Source: Chrysomallon squamiferum (Eukaryota > Animalia > Mollusca). From it: a DNA stretch of 64,000 bases. The translations under genes and the position numbers were made by a program. The notes under the pieces are model-generated. The model was not told where the DNA came from and made no database searches. It saw only the letters and a program-made list of their open reading frames with translations. The DNA lies in the NCBI GenBank assembly GCA_012295275.1, contig CM022665.1:310001-374000 (forward strand), read 5' to 3'. Below, in pieces: positions 15,280 to 27,100 of this stretch. Numbering within the stretch: position 1 is the first letter of the stretch; each line of letters opens with the position of its first letter.

Positions 15280-15460
15280 TTATTTATATCACTTTGTACA
15301 CGTAATTTGAGTCATGTGATCTATTCGACGTATAGAGACCACAAAGATATGATTTTGCTGTCTATTTTATTCCATTAAAACACTCACGTAAAAATCAAAC
15401 TGGATTTAGGTAAAAGATGAATAACATGACCGCATTTTAAATAATGATTACATTTTAAAT
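15280..15460 (+). promoter_or_regulatory. Degenerate copy of the promoter-like module
   Basis: tatttatatcactttgtacacgtaatttgagtcatgtgatc matches 37450-37490 with the E-box mutated. Confidence 0.35.
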
Positions 15461-16598
15461 ACATTGGTGACTTAGAGATAATATTTATATACATAATTTG
15501 GTAGTATGCACAACACTAATCACTTTAAAATTTCCATTCTATTTTCAATTAGGAGTAAAACAAATACCTCATATTACCTGCGGTGTTTATTTTTGTTTCA
15601 ATACTCGATATGTAACGGCCCTTTTCAGAATTTACGTTAAAATAATAGAGTGGGTTTTCAGATAGCTAATTGATCAAACAAACTTTCTAATCATCAGGTT
15701 GAGTTTAAGATTTTTTTTTTCTTCCTATCACTCCTTGTTTCTGCAGTTAAACTACAAGCATATTTCATCTTCACCTGACGGGCCGTTTCTCGTTTCTGTC
15801 GTATAAATAACAATCAAAAGTCGCATTAGACGCGATCATTTTAAACAAATTTCCTTTCTTTGAATGTCACTTTAATAACAACGTCAGTCGGTTATTAAAG
15901 TATTAGCGGGAACGCATTTGATTCCTGTTCTTTGCTCTTTTTTAAACTCTTTTTGTCTTAGACCATCTTTTCTTTGTTACTTTTTTTTATTTCTCTTTTC
16001 TTTTCTTTCTTCTTCTTCTTCTTTAAAAAAAAAAAAAAAAAAAAAGACTTTTCTTTCTTTCTTTTAATCTCAGGTAGTTACTGAGCCTATTGGAAATTTA
16101 TGACGTGTATCAACAGGGACGTTAGAAGGAAAGGAGATATTCATTAACATGCAGTGTTCATTTATTGAAGTCGTATTTTTACGAAAACCTCGCATAAATG
16201 GAGATCGTATATCGTGTGTATTATTAGCAAGAGTGTAATGCGCGTGTATTATGTTTCAAATGTTTAAACGCTAAACTGAATTTGTATTCGTTATACAGTC
16301 TAAACACAATGAGACTGAAAAACAGACTGGTAGTTGTTTATGTTATCAGAGATCTGTGTATCTACTGCAGTTTAGTTGTTACAGGGCAGTTCTAAGACGG
16401 TAGTGATGACAGGATCCATTCTTCTGGATGTTCCAGTTGGAACATTTCTTCAAAAATTCCTATCATTTCTTAAAGAAACAGCTGTCTCAAATTTTCTAGG
16501 TTCTGAAGAAGTTGAAGAATAAAATACAAGTTAAATATAAAACTTATAATATAAGTGTTAGAAAAATAAGTACAAACTCAGTGTTTGAGAAAATAATG

Positions 16599-16636
<38 letters not shown>

Positions 16637-16649
16637 TAAAAAAAAAAAA

Positions 16650-17137
16650 AGTTTTAAAATACAAAATACAATCGTTTTTCTCTTCATATAAAAATTATTA
16701 TTTAAAAATGGATTTGTTGAATTCTTACTTTATTTGGGAACAAGGAAAATAAATTCATATCGTGTCATGTCATCTTTGTGTTTTGTGTGGAAGTTTACAA
16801 ACCTCTATTGTTTAATGTCTGCAAACATACAGTTTCTCCTAAAGCGGCTTTCAATCCTTTTTCTGTTTATTCTAAGCCCAGTCTTTAGTAAATAAAAACG
16901 TTGGGTATAAAAGGGAAGTTTACATGTACAGCTAACAAATGTAGTCTGGCTTACAATAACGCAGTTGTGACATTGTGAAATTTTCTTATCGTAATCGTAA
17001 AACAGCGAATTGTTGTCGGCACAAATACAATAGTTTAACGGAAAGGTTAGCGTTTAGTCGTCATAGTTCATAAAAACTCTTCATAGTCTTAGCGCCGTTT
17101 ACTTGAGAAAAAAAAATTCATATCAGTTGTTACCTTA
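16650..17137 (+). repeat. Direct repeat of about 33065-33560
   Basis: Shared blocks such as cggcacaaatacaatagtttaacggaaaggttagcgtttagtcgtca. Confidence 0.85.
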
Positions 17138-17140
17138 TAG

Positions 17141-17550
17141 CAGGGGCTGGCAAACGTTTTAAAACAGGGGTCAGATGGATATTATAGGAAAAGCGTGTAA
17201 AAAGTAAATTCACTTTTAACAAATGCTAGAAGAGTTAATGAGATGGGTGGTGTTGCATACCATGAAGCAGCGATTAAAAGTCAGGCTTAATTGATGTAGT
17301 GGACAAAAGAAGAATGTTATTTAGATGGCGTTCAGAGAGTTGCGAGCGAAGGCGATATTTTGTAAGAAGAGTTGTTCACAGTAAAATGTACTTCCGAATA
17401 CAATGTATTGAACATGTTATTAAATTGTGGAAATTTGCCAGATGGAAGAATGACATCATGAAAGAAGGAAAGGGGAGAAGAAGTGCTGAACTTAATTCAT
17501 CATTGCATTGCATACCTACCAACTCCATCTGCAAGGAAACTGAAGAATCA
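17141..17550 (+). mobile_element. hAT-like DNA transposon end (one terminus only)
   Basis: Begins caggggctggcaaac, like hAT/Charlie-type TIRs, at the point where homology to 33560 stops; no matching TIR or TSD seen; right boundary inferred from start of IAP intron homology. Confidence 0.4.
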
Positions 17551-17709
17551 TCCATTGATATTCAATGATGTTTTCCAGGGAATAAATCAAATCATAAAAT
17601 CAAAACAAAACTATCAACATGTTTAACCTATAGTATTGTACGTTTATCAGACATAGAGAGTATTTTAAATTTTACATTAACTTTTTATCTTATAGACAAG
17701 TCAGCAATG

Positions 17710-18213
17710 AGAAGTGATGAGAGAGAACAGCTGAGAAGTGATAAAACGGAACAGCTGAGAAGAGATGAGACAGAACAGTTGAGAAGTAATGAGACAGAAC
17801 AGCTGAGAAGTGATAAGACAGAACAACTGAGAAGCAATGAGACAGAACAGCTGAGAAGTGAAGAGACAGAACAACTGAGAAGTGATGAGACAGAACAACT
17901 GAGAAGTGATAAAGCAGAGCAACAGAGAGGTAATGAGACAGAACAGTTGAGAAGTGAAGAGACAGAACAACTGAGAAGTGACGAGACAGAACAGCGGAGA
18001 AGTAATGAGAGAGAACAGTTGAGAAGTGATGAGACAAAACAACTGAGAAGTGACGAGACAGAACAGCGGAGAAGTAATGAGAGAGAACAGTTGAGAAGTG
18101 ATGAGACAGAGCAGTTGAGAAGAGATGAGACAAAACAACTGACAAGTGATGAGACACAAGAGTTGAGAAGTGATGAGACAGAACAGCTGAGATATGATGA
18201 AACAGGACAGTGG
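17710..18213 (+). repeat. Coding 24-bp minisatellite, 21 units, consensus RSDETEQL
   Basis: agaagtgatgagacagaacagytg repeated with no indels or stops in this frame. Confidence 0.95.
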
Positions 18214-19448
18214 AGAAGTTGTCGATATGATAACGCATTTACTCTAGAGAATCTGGCATATAATTATCAATTTAAATTGCGCGAATCCACCTGTGACAGG
18301 ACTTCAGACAGTAGCGAAGGAACTGAATCGGAAGATGCGAGCACTGGTTACAGTCAGTCAGAAGCTGCAACTATTGATATAAATGAATCAGAACTGATGA
18401 GTAGTGACATAACAGGATCGTTTTTTTTTTAAACAAGAGAAGTAATACATGGAGATATTTATGAGAATGAAGTAGAACAGGCGGGTTTCATGGAAACAGA
18501 ATCAGAAATTACTGATGATGAGAGAAATCAAACTGGAATGACGAGAAATGATGAATTAGGGACAGAACATTTACACACTGTCAGATACAGGAGGGAGTGG
18601 GACAGATATGCGTCTTAGTTACAATTTTCTCTAACCTCAGCCTGGCCAAGTCGTCTTGCAGCTGCTGGATTCTACTTTACTGGGACTGGTGATCGCGTTG
18701 TCTGCTTCAGCTGTGGTCAGAGCTATGATCAGTGGAGAGCCGCAGATAACCCAATGGAAATTCACAGACAAATCTCACCAAGCTGCAGATTTGTCCTGCG
18801 AGAGGAAGAAAATGAATCGATTAGGCTAAGTGATAATGATGAGCAGACTGTACAAGCATTCCTGGGCAGATTATCTGTACCAGTGTCGGAATCTTCTGCT
18901 ATTCAAAGTGAAACACTTCGTAATCGGAGCGAGTCTGAAAGTTCAGTTAGTGACAATGAACTGTTTGGAGTTTCTGAAACACCAAGAAATAACGTCGATA
19001 ACATCGTTACCTCTGTTGGTCATGAAAATATTGTCGTATCTGCCGTTAGTTTGACTGGTACTGTAGCATCAGCTACTAATACCAGCTGTATGCCTACATT
19101 TACTGGTAATATTTGTAGTATACCCTCATGCACTTTTTCATCTACATCTACTGTAGACCTGAGATAACCCAATGGAAATTCATGGACAAATCTCACCAAG
19201 CTGCAGATTTGTCCTGGGAGAGGAAGAAAGTGAACCGATTGGGCTAAGTGATAATGATGAGCAGAGACTACAAGAATTAAATCTGAAGAAACGAGTGGTG
19301 AATTTACTGACGCAAAAAATAGTACAAAGTGCGCATCTGAAGGTATATTGTAGTTTTATTTCACTACATTTTATTAATTTATTTATTTATTGATCTTGTT
19401 ATTACTATAGTTACATTATTGCTATATTTGTTCTTGTTCTCGTTGTTC

Positions 19449-19483
<35 letters not shown>

Positions 19484-19835
19484 ACCATTATTACGTTTTA
19501 TTAATTTATTTTCTATTTTTATTTATTTATTCAGTAATTCATTCATTCATTCATTTATTATGTTGTAACTATTGTTATGGTTGCTGTCATTAATGTTACT
19601 GGTGATGCTATTATCATCATCATCATCATCATCATCATTATTATTATTATTATTACCTGATACATTTCGATAACAAAAAGGTAACGTAAGGAAGAACGAA
19701 AGGTACAACATTTTAATAAATAGATAAAACATTTTGAAGAGTCAAAGTTACTTTTGTGATTGTGTCAAAGATTTTATACTTCAACGTATATAACTTTTTT
19801 ATAACTAAAGAAGTATTTGAAAAATTGTGTTGCAA

Positions 19836-19889
<54 letters not shown>

Positions 19890-20144
19890 CATAGAACTAA
19901 TTGTTTCAAACATTTTGTGTAGCAAAGTACACACATTAATATTATTATTATTATTAATATTATTATTATTACTTTAAAACGAATTTTCTTGTTTCAAAGT
20001 TTATATCCTTCAAACTATACAAATTGTTTGATTTTAAAACTATATTGTTTATTTTATTAGTTTCAAAATATACGTAATATTTGACGTACAAAATTATCTT
20101 ATTTTTATAACATACTTTTTGATATTTAATACATTCCTTCTCAG

Positions 20145-20311
20145 ATGACAATGAAGAATTCATCTGCAAAATTTGTCTTGAAAACAGGGTCAGAATAATG
20201 TTCCTACCCTGCGGTCATATTTGTTGCTGTGAAGATTGTACACCCAGACTGCGAAGATGTCCACTTTGTAGAGAGATAATCCAAGCCACTGTGCGAGCTT
20301 TCTTGTGTTAA
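20145..20311 (+). CDS. Terminal RING exon (IAP-type C3HC4), intact
   Basis: ccttctcag| phase 1, (D)DNEEFICKICLENRVRIMFLPCGHICCCEDCTPRLRRCPLCREIIQATVRAFLC*. Confidence 0.9.
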
Positions 20312-21454
20312 TCTGATTCTGATCATTTTTATTATAATATGTTTTAAAGATGATGATGTGATGAACTTTGATTCACCGGAGAAAGTTGTAACAAACAGTA
20401 TGAATAGATTTGTTTGAGTTTCGCACTAACAATTTGAGAAATATGATTTGTGACTGTTACCCTAGATAATATGTCTGAGCTATTTGTTTATGACTGTTTT
20501 ATAATGTACATGAATACTAAGTGTGTGTAGTACAGTGATTTAGTTTATGAACAAAATACGCAAACAGTGTAAACAATGTCGAAAACCCAAAGTTAAAAAT
20601 ATATAACCCCAAAGTAAGTACATTACAGTACGCATTATGGCCTTCACATTATTAGAAAACTATGACTTTGCTTTTTTAAATACTTGGGGAAATGTTGCGA
20701 TTCCATAAAATTAACAATTTTTTTACCTTCATTATTTTTATTTTTTTTAAATATTTAAATAAACAAAACAACAACAACAACAACAACAAAAAGTAAAAAA
20801 AAAATAAATAAAATAAATAACACTGATTAATTATCTGGAATTTCAAAATTAATATTATCCGATATGTACAATAGAAACGAATAAACCAGTGGCATTACGG
20901 ATTATGACAATTAATTCATTGTTTCTGCCCATTTATATTATAAAATGTTTTTGATTATTATTATTATTATTTTTATATGACGACGTGATGAATTTTTATT
21001 TACTACTACTATTACTATCAGTATGTCTATGACAGTTAACAGAAATAGACAATTTATATATTCCGTTACTGTCACAAGGAGAAATTTTGTACATTAAATT
21101 ATAAACATAAACAAAGACTGGTTAAAACCTGCCTCTGTCAAAATTATCAGAAACAGTACAATTTATAATCCATTCTGACATAACAGTTAGGAGTTCAATA
21201 TGTAATAAACATGGCAAAAGCTTCATAAATTATTACAGCACAAAGAAATAATAGCAATTAAACATATAACAAAGAAATATTCACTTAGAATTCTGTCGTG
21301 TACACCGAGGCTGTGCGCATTACAACATGGTGGAAGTTTGAAGAAAATTAGCTGCAGTATTTTATATCTTGTTTTTAAATATTTTAATATAAATACGGTT
21401 AAAACAAATTATTATTAATACATGACATCTTATATGACAAAATAACCTGGATCT

Positions 21455-21890
21455 ATGCCAGCAAATAAGAAGAAGGGACGGAAGAAGAAAGAAAACAATC
21501 ACAAGCGGATAAAAATGAAAGAAAAGATGGTGACACCTTCTCCAACTATTGCGTCCAATACACAGTCACACATTTTATTTAACACAGTATTCACTCGCTC
21601 GCCTGAATACAGAAATACCAAGTTCTGCCTTTGTTTCAAAAGCAAATTCCATCGTGGACCAACCAGATATTTCAGAAATTGAATGAAATATCAAATACAC
21701 TTCTTGCCATTTAGGAGAAGAAAAGTATTGAGAAACCATTACAAATTATTGAAACCAGTGTCAATAATTTTAAAATCAAACTGCATGAAAGTAACAAGAA
21801 AATCTCTGAGTTAGAAAAATCTATAAATTTTGTAAACACTAGTTTTGAAGAAGCCCGTACGGAAAGAAATAATATCTTAGTTGCTCAGGT
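21455..21890 (+). mobile_element. Degraded LINE ORF1-like coiled-coil region
   Basis: Basic N-terminus (MPANKKKGRKKK), then in another frame ...KIKLHESNKKISELEKSINFVNTSFEEARTERN, resembling LINE ORF1 coiled coils; contains stops and frameshifts. Confidence 0.4.
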
Positions 21891-22227
21891 TGAATATTAT
21901 AAAATGTAAAACATAACAAATTTTTTAGTATTTATAAATTAAGAAGAATCTTTATTAAATATAATTTACTTTCTGAACAAGCATTTAATTTTTCCATTGC
22001 TATTAATATTAATGAAATATGTAACTTGGTTTATTGATTGTTACTGTAGCTAGCTCTTTCTGATATCAGGATTTCCACACAAAAAAAAAGTGATTTGGAA
22101 AATGAGACATACAGTTTGGTTTTACCATTTTTGTGGAAATGTTATAGCATTGTTCTGTAAGATATCTATATTCCTATAATAAAAAATGTTTTTTTTTAAA
22201 AATGTCTGAACATTTTTTTGATTTTAG

Positions 22228-23195
22228 GATGTTGCATGGAAATTGAATAACTTGTCTGAATAACATCATCCTTACCAAAACACCCAAACTTAGATTACTG
22301 TGAGTATTTTGTTTTTTTTTATCTGTTTTATAAAAATCTTATAAATCTTATTGTTTCTTTATTTTTAACAGATACACACACACACAGAGGATGTAACTGT
22401 TATAGTCTAAATATCAGCTTTATCCTGTGAAGGTTAGAATGCTGAATTGAAGCAAGTCTCTCCCAAAATATTTCTTTTATCCTGCAATCCTAAATAATAC
22501 CAAAATTAATTTCATTTCTCAAATCACCCACAATGAGACTAGTAAATTCACACAATTAGGTGCAAAAGAAGTAAATTTGAATAATATATATGTAAACAGC
22601 AAGCAATTTATCAAAGTGCAGAGTTCTATCCCATGAACCATTTGGTCAGTACCCCAAATAAACACACACATTAATAAATGGTCCATGTTCAAAATGTCCT
22701 AACATTTGTAAAACATTCCACATAGATTACGAAAATAAAGTAAAAAGTACAGTTAAACAGCTTGTTAATATTTTTATTTTCAGCTCTCTCTATGCTAACC
22801 AGATCAGATGTATAACCCAGGAAGCTTTTGACAGACTTCATTACCTGTTAACACTGTAAGTAGAACAAGATACTCTCTGTTTATCCATCAGCAGAGTCAC
22901 TCTCTTTCTCTTCAGTTCTAACTGGTCATCTTCATTAAATCTTTTATCTCTTATAAATATCTAATTACAACTGTTCGAATTATTCTCTGTCTGAAGCTTT
23001 TTGACTGACGAACATTTGTGTTAAAATTGTAAATAATTTTGTCATAATATGTTTGTGGCTAGGTTGTTACAAAATGCAGGAGAATTTCATTTATTGAATT
23101 ATACTTGTTATTTTGTGTAAGAATTTATTAAATAGGTGATGATTGATCAGAAGTGACTTGATTTTGTAGGAACAGAAAAGTTAAATAAAAAAATG

Positions 23196-23249
<54 letters not shown>

Positions 23250-23500
23250 TCTTATGATCATTAGATCAATTTTATATTCCCAATTAACAAATGAAGAATT
23301 TTTATTATAAAATGTTCTTTGTTTCAGAAATCTGACAAAATCCATTCAACTGTAACTGTCATCTGGGCTGGCTGGATGAGTGGTAGATACGTCATAACCA
23401 GAATGCCCACTTCATGCCCCCCCCACAGTCTGGAAAACACACCCATTCAGGACTTGAAACAGAAAGATTTTGTTTGTGAAAAAATAAAGCATAAAATTAT
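22228..23500 (+). ncRNA. Possible spliced non-coding exons (22228-22299, 22784-22855, 23328 onward)
   Basis: ttttag|...|gtgagt; ttttcag|...|gtaagt; tttgtttcag|; first exon has stops in all three frames. Confidence 0.3.
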
Positions 23501-23966
23501 TTTTAATTTCTGTCATTTCTTTCGTAAAAAGAATGTTATTTGTTATTTTTTATAGCTATAAATATCAATTTAACTAAAATAAAAAGAAAAAAGTAAAAGA
23601 AAAATAAAATAAAAATAATGAAAACAAATAAAATAAAATAGAATAAAATAAATGAAACATTTTTATACTCTATTGAAGTTTTAATTTTTGTCAGAAATGT
23701 CATATTGAATGTAGAAAAGAAATAATTGTAATTTTATATTTTGTCATAAAATAAAAGAAAGAAAATGAAATAAAATAAAATAAAATAAAGAAATAAGAAT
23801 AAATAAAGGATCAAAATAAAATTAGTTTTCTCTGTATTGTTTAAAATAATAAAATATGAACTGTATACTATAAAAATGGAAACTATAAAAAATAATTTTT
23901 GTTATCATAAACTGTCAGTATCCTACATGCACTGTATCTAAATAATAAAATAAATAATATATAAAA

Positions 23967-24166
23967 NNNNNNNNNNNNNNNNNNNNNNNNNNNNNNNNNN
24001 NNNNNNNNNNNNNNNNNNNNNNNNNNNNNNNNNNNNNNNNNNNNNNNNNNNNNNNNNNNNNNNNNNNNNNNNNNNNNNNNNNNNNNNNNNNNNNNNNNNN
24101 NNNNNNNNNNNNNNNNNNNNNNNNNNNNNNNNNNNNNNNNNNNNNNNNNNNNNNNNNNNNNNNNNN
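23967..24166. other. Assembly gap (200 N)
   Basis: Run of n; round size suggests a scaffolding join. Confidence 0.99.
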
Positions 24167-27100
24167 TTTATATTTATCTATCAGAAAATCTTTCTAGAGG
24201 GATTTAAAGTAATAAAAATAGAATTAATATTATAATAACAACTTTTAGAAAAATGCTTTATTCATTTTATTCGTCTTATTAATACACAAGAAAGTTCAAA
24301 TATAAACAATATACCTAGTTATAAATGATCAATATTTATTAACTAGAATATATAAATAAATAAAATTAAATAAGTAAGTAGTTAACAAATAAAATACTTA
24401 AATAGATAATGAAATGAACATATAAACAAAGAAATAAAATAAAATAAACAATTGTTGTCTAGAGTATCAAATTTTTCCATGGATATTTAGCTAACTTTTA
24501 CTTAGAACAAATAGTATTCAACAAAATATAAACAAAATAAATAAATAAGTAATAAAATAGAAAATGTTTTGTCTGCTATGAGATTATTCTAAACAGCAGC
24601 AGTTAGGATTTGGAATGTTACCAAGTTGATTTTGTGCTTTAGAAATTGAGACACGTAATCCATTAATATAGTCAGAACAACCCGTATACGTTTTTTATTT
24701 TCTGTTTTTAATATATCAGAGAGTTTGAGGCTGTCTTTATAGAAACAATGTTACTAGGAAATTTAAGTAAGTTTAAAAAAAAAAAAAAAAAAAATAAAGG
24801 AGTTTTCATTCATTTAATTTATATCTATAAATATACATTTATCTCTGCAGAGATATTTAAATTTTTAAATGCATGACACTAATTTTAACATTACCATTGT
24901 TTATGTTGTATAAAAATTTCATAGCTATTCTCTGTCCATTTTGTTGATTCAGTGAGTCATGTAAAAACATACTTAGACACTGATTTAGTTACAGAGTTTA
25001 ATAACATGACCAGTATTTGAAATAATAATTATGTTTTAACATATTAAACTTCTATGACAGAGATACTGATCTTAATGAAAATAGAAGATGTCACGTTATG
25101 TTATTAGAAAAGTGTAGGTTTACCAAAAAAACATTAGACACATCGCATAGCCCAATATCGGAATATCACAAACAAATTTGAAGATAGAAATATTGAAGAA
25201 TGTTACGTCCCAGAAAATGATATTTTAAAATGGAGTTCAGTGTCAACAGAATTAAAATTTACAAAAATCTTATTTCATTTTATTCACAAATCTGAAGGAC
25301 GGAGTTTGCGTTCTAAGTGAAACAACAAGAAACACAGAACGTGCCACTGTAGGTATATTGTAGATTTATTTCATTGTACTTGATTTATTTATCTCGTTAG
25401 TTAGTTTTCTTTTCTTCGTCTTCTTCTTTTTTTTTTTGTCTGTATTTTTCTTTACTATTGTTATCGTTATTATTATTATTATTATTATTATTGTTGTGTT
25501 GTTGTTGTTATTTACTGTTCTATTATTGATCTTGTCATTACTGTTATTATTATTGTTATTATTAGTTATTATTGTTGATGTTATTGCAGTTATTATTGTT
25601 AAATTCATAAAACGATGTAAAAGTTATTTTTATGAAAGTCTACAAACCATTTGTTTCAAAAGTTAGGTGAAGCAAAGTATGCATATTATTATTATTATTA
25701 TAAAACACACACACACACACAAAAAATCACAAACACACACGAATACATGTCTAAAATTATTAGTTTTACGTTGCTAACATTATAAAATATTTCCGTGTAC
25801 TTCTTTTCTTTTGTGAAACTGAAACCTCTGTTATTTGTGACAAGGTTAAAAATGCAGTAAAAGGCACACCTACAAAAACACGCCGATAAAAGCGGGCCAA
25901 CATAATAGCTGTGTCAGTGCGCCGTTAGTACGTACAGGTCAAACTTTTGATCAAACTTTAATCCTGGCACAAAAGGAATCTGTGATAGGTTTTGACACTA
26001 TTGTGAACCACTGTCAAAACTGTTATTTGTGATCATGAAGTTTAAAATAAAAGCACACCTTCATAAGAATCCCGACATGACTGCATAGCCTTTTTTGCTT
26101 ATTATTATTATTATTATGCAGTTTTTAACTTTACTATTTTGTTTAACATTGTTAACATTTTCACAGCTAATAATGAAGGTTTTCTCGTCGATTTTATTAA
26201 ATTCATTGGCTCATGTGAAACATGCATAGACCTTGGATTTAGTTTTAAGAAAGGTTTAATAATAAAACTAGTATTTTAAATAATGATTACGTTTTATCCT
26301 GTTTTACTATATTCATGTAATAGAGAAAAATGATTTTCTTTTGTATTTGTTACGAGCGACAACGAGAAGGTCACAAATATTTGTGTCTCCCACTTCTTGA
26401 ATATCGTTCTCAATAACTGTTAGAAGTGTACAGAGTAAATAAGTGTTAAGACAAATATTTAAAATTATTAGATTTATGTTGCTAACATTATAAAGTATTT
26501 CTTTTTTCTTTCTCTCCTTCGTGAAACTGAAAGCTCTACTTTTAGAATTGAAGACCTGCTATTCCTGACAACATTTCAGTTAAAATTGTCAAAAAACAAT
26601 AACATTTGGACATTTTTAAATTTATTTTTACTACTACTATTATTATTATTATATACAGTAAAATATACAAGACAAATCAGTTAGCTAAGAATAAAATGTA
26701 AAAACAAACTAATAAACAAACAAACAAACAAACAAACAAAAAGAAAAGAAAAGAAAAGAAAATATACCTACGAATATGTCGAAATTCTACTGGTATCTTA
26801 TAATTTAGATATAATTTTTATTTAATTATTTATGAGAGCGTATGAGGAAAACTTTTTACCAGTTTTCACAGGGCGATAACAAAAGTTACTGTTAGACACA
26901 AAATGAAAAGTTTACAGTTTTGCAAGTCGACTCTGTATATTCAGAATATTATACAGAATCAGTTTTTTTTTTTATGTGCCACCATTTAGATCAGTTTTAT
27001 TCCTGTCAGAGTTGGTTTTATGTATAATATATAGGAAAATCCAAAGATTCCAAATTGACTCCTGTTTAATAACGAGTATTCAAAATAAAAATAAATATAT

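Larger units (their letters stand above)
17696..20311 (+). pseudogene. IAP/BIRC-like pseudogene: 8-aa repeat, BIR, deleted second BIR, RING
   Basis: Exon 17696-19342 (tatag| ... |gtatat) and exon 20145-20311. BIR reads YRREWDRYAS*LQFSLTSAWPSRLAAAGFYFTGTGDRVVCFSCGQSYDQWRAADNPMEIHRQISPSCRFV (CX2CX16HX6C). In-frame stops at 18430-18432 and 18616-18618; frameshifts near 19163 and about 19270. Confidence 0.9.

Noticed and set aside
17690-18238. Antisense ORFs (SHHFSAVL and LITSQLFC repeats; also 63413-63610)
   Set aside because: Shadows of the 24-bp repeat; only the + frame has a splice acceptor and continues into the BIR
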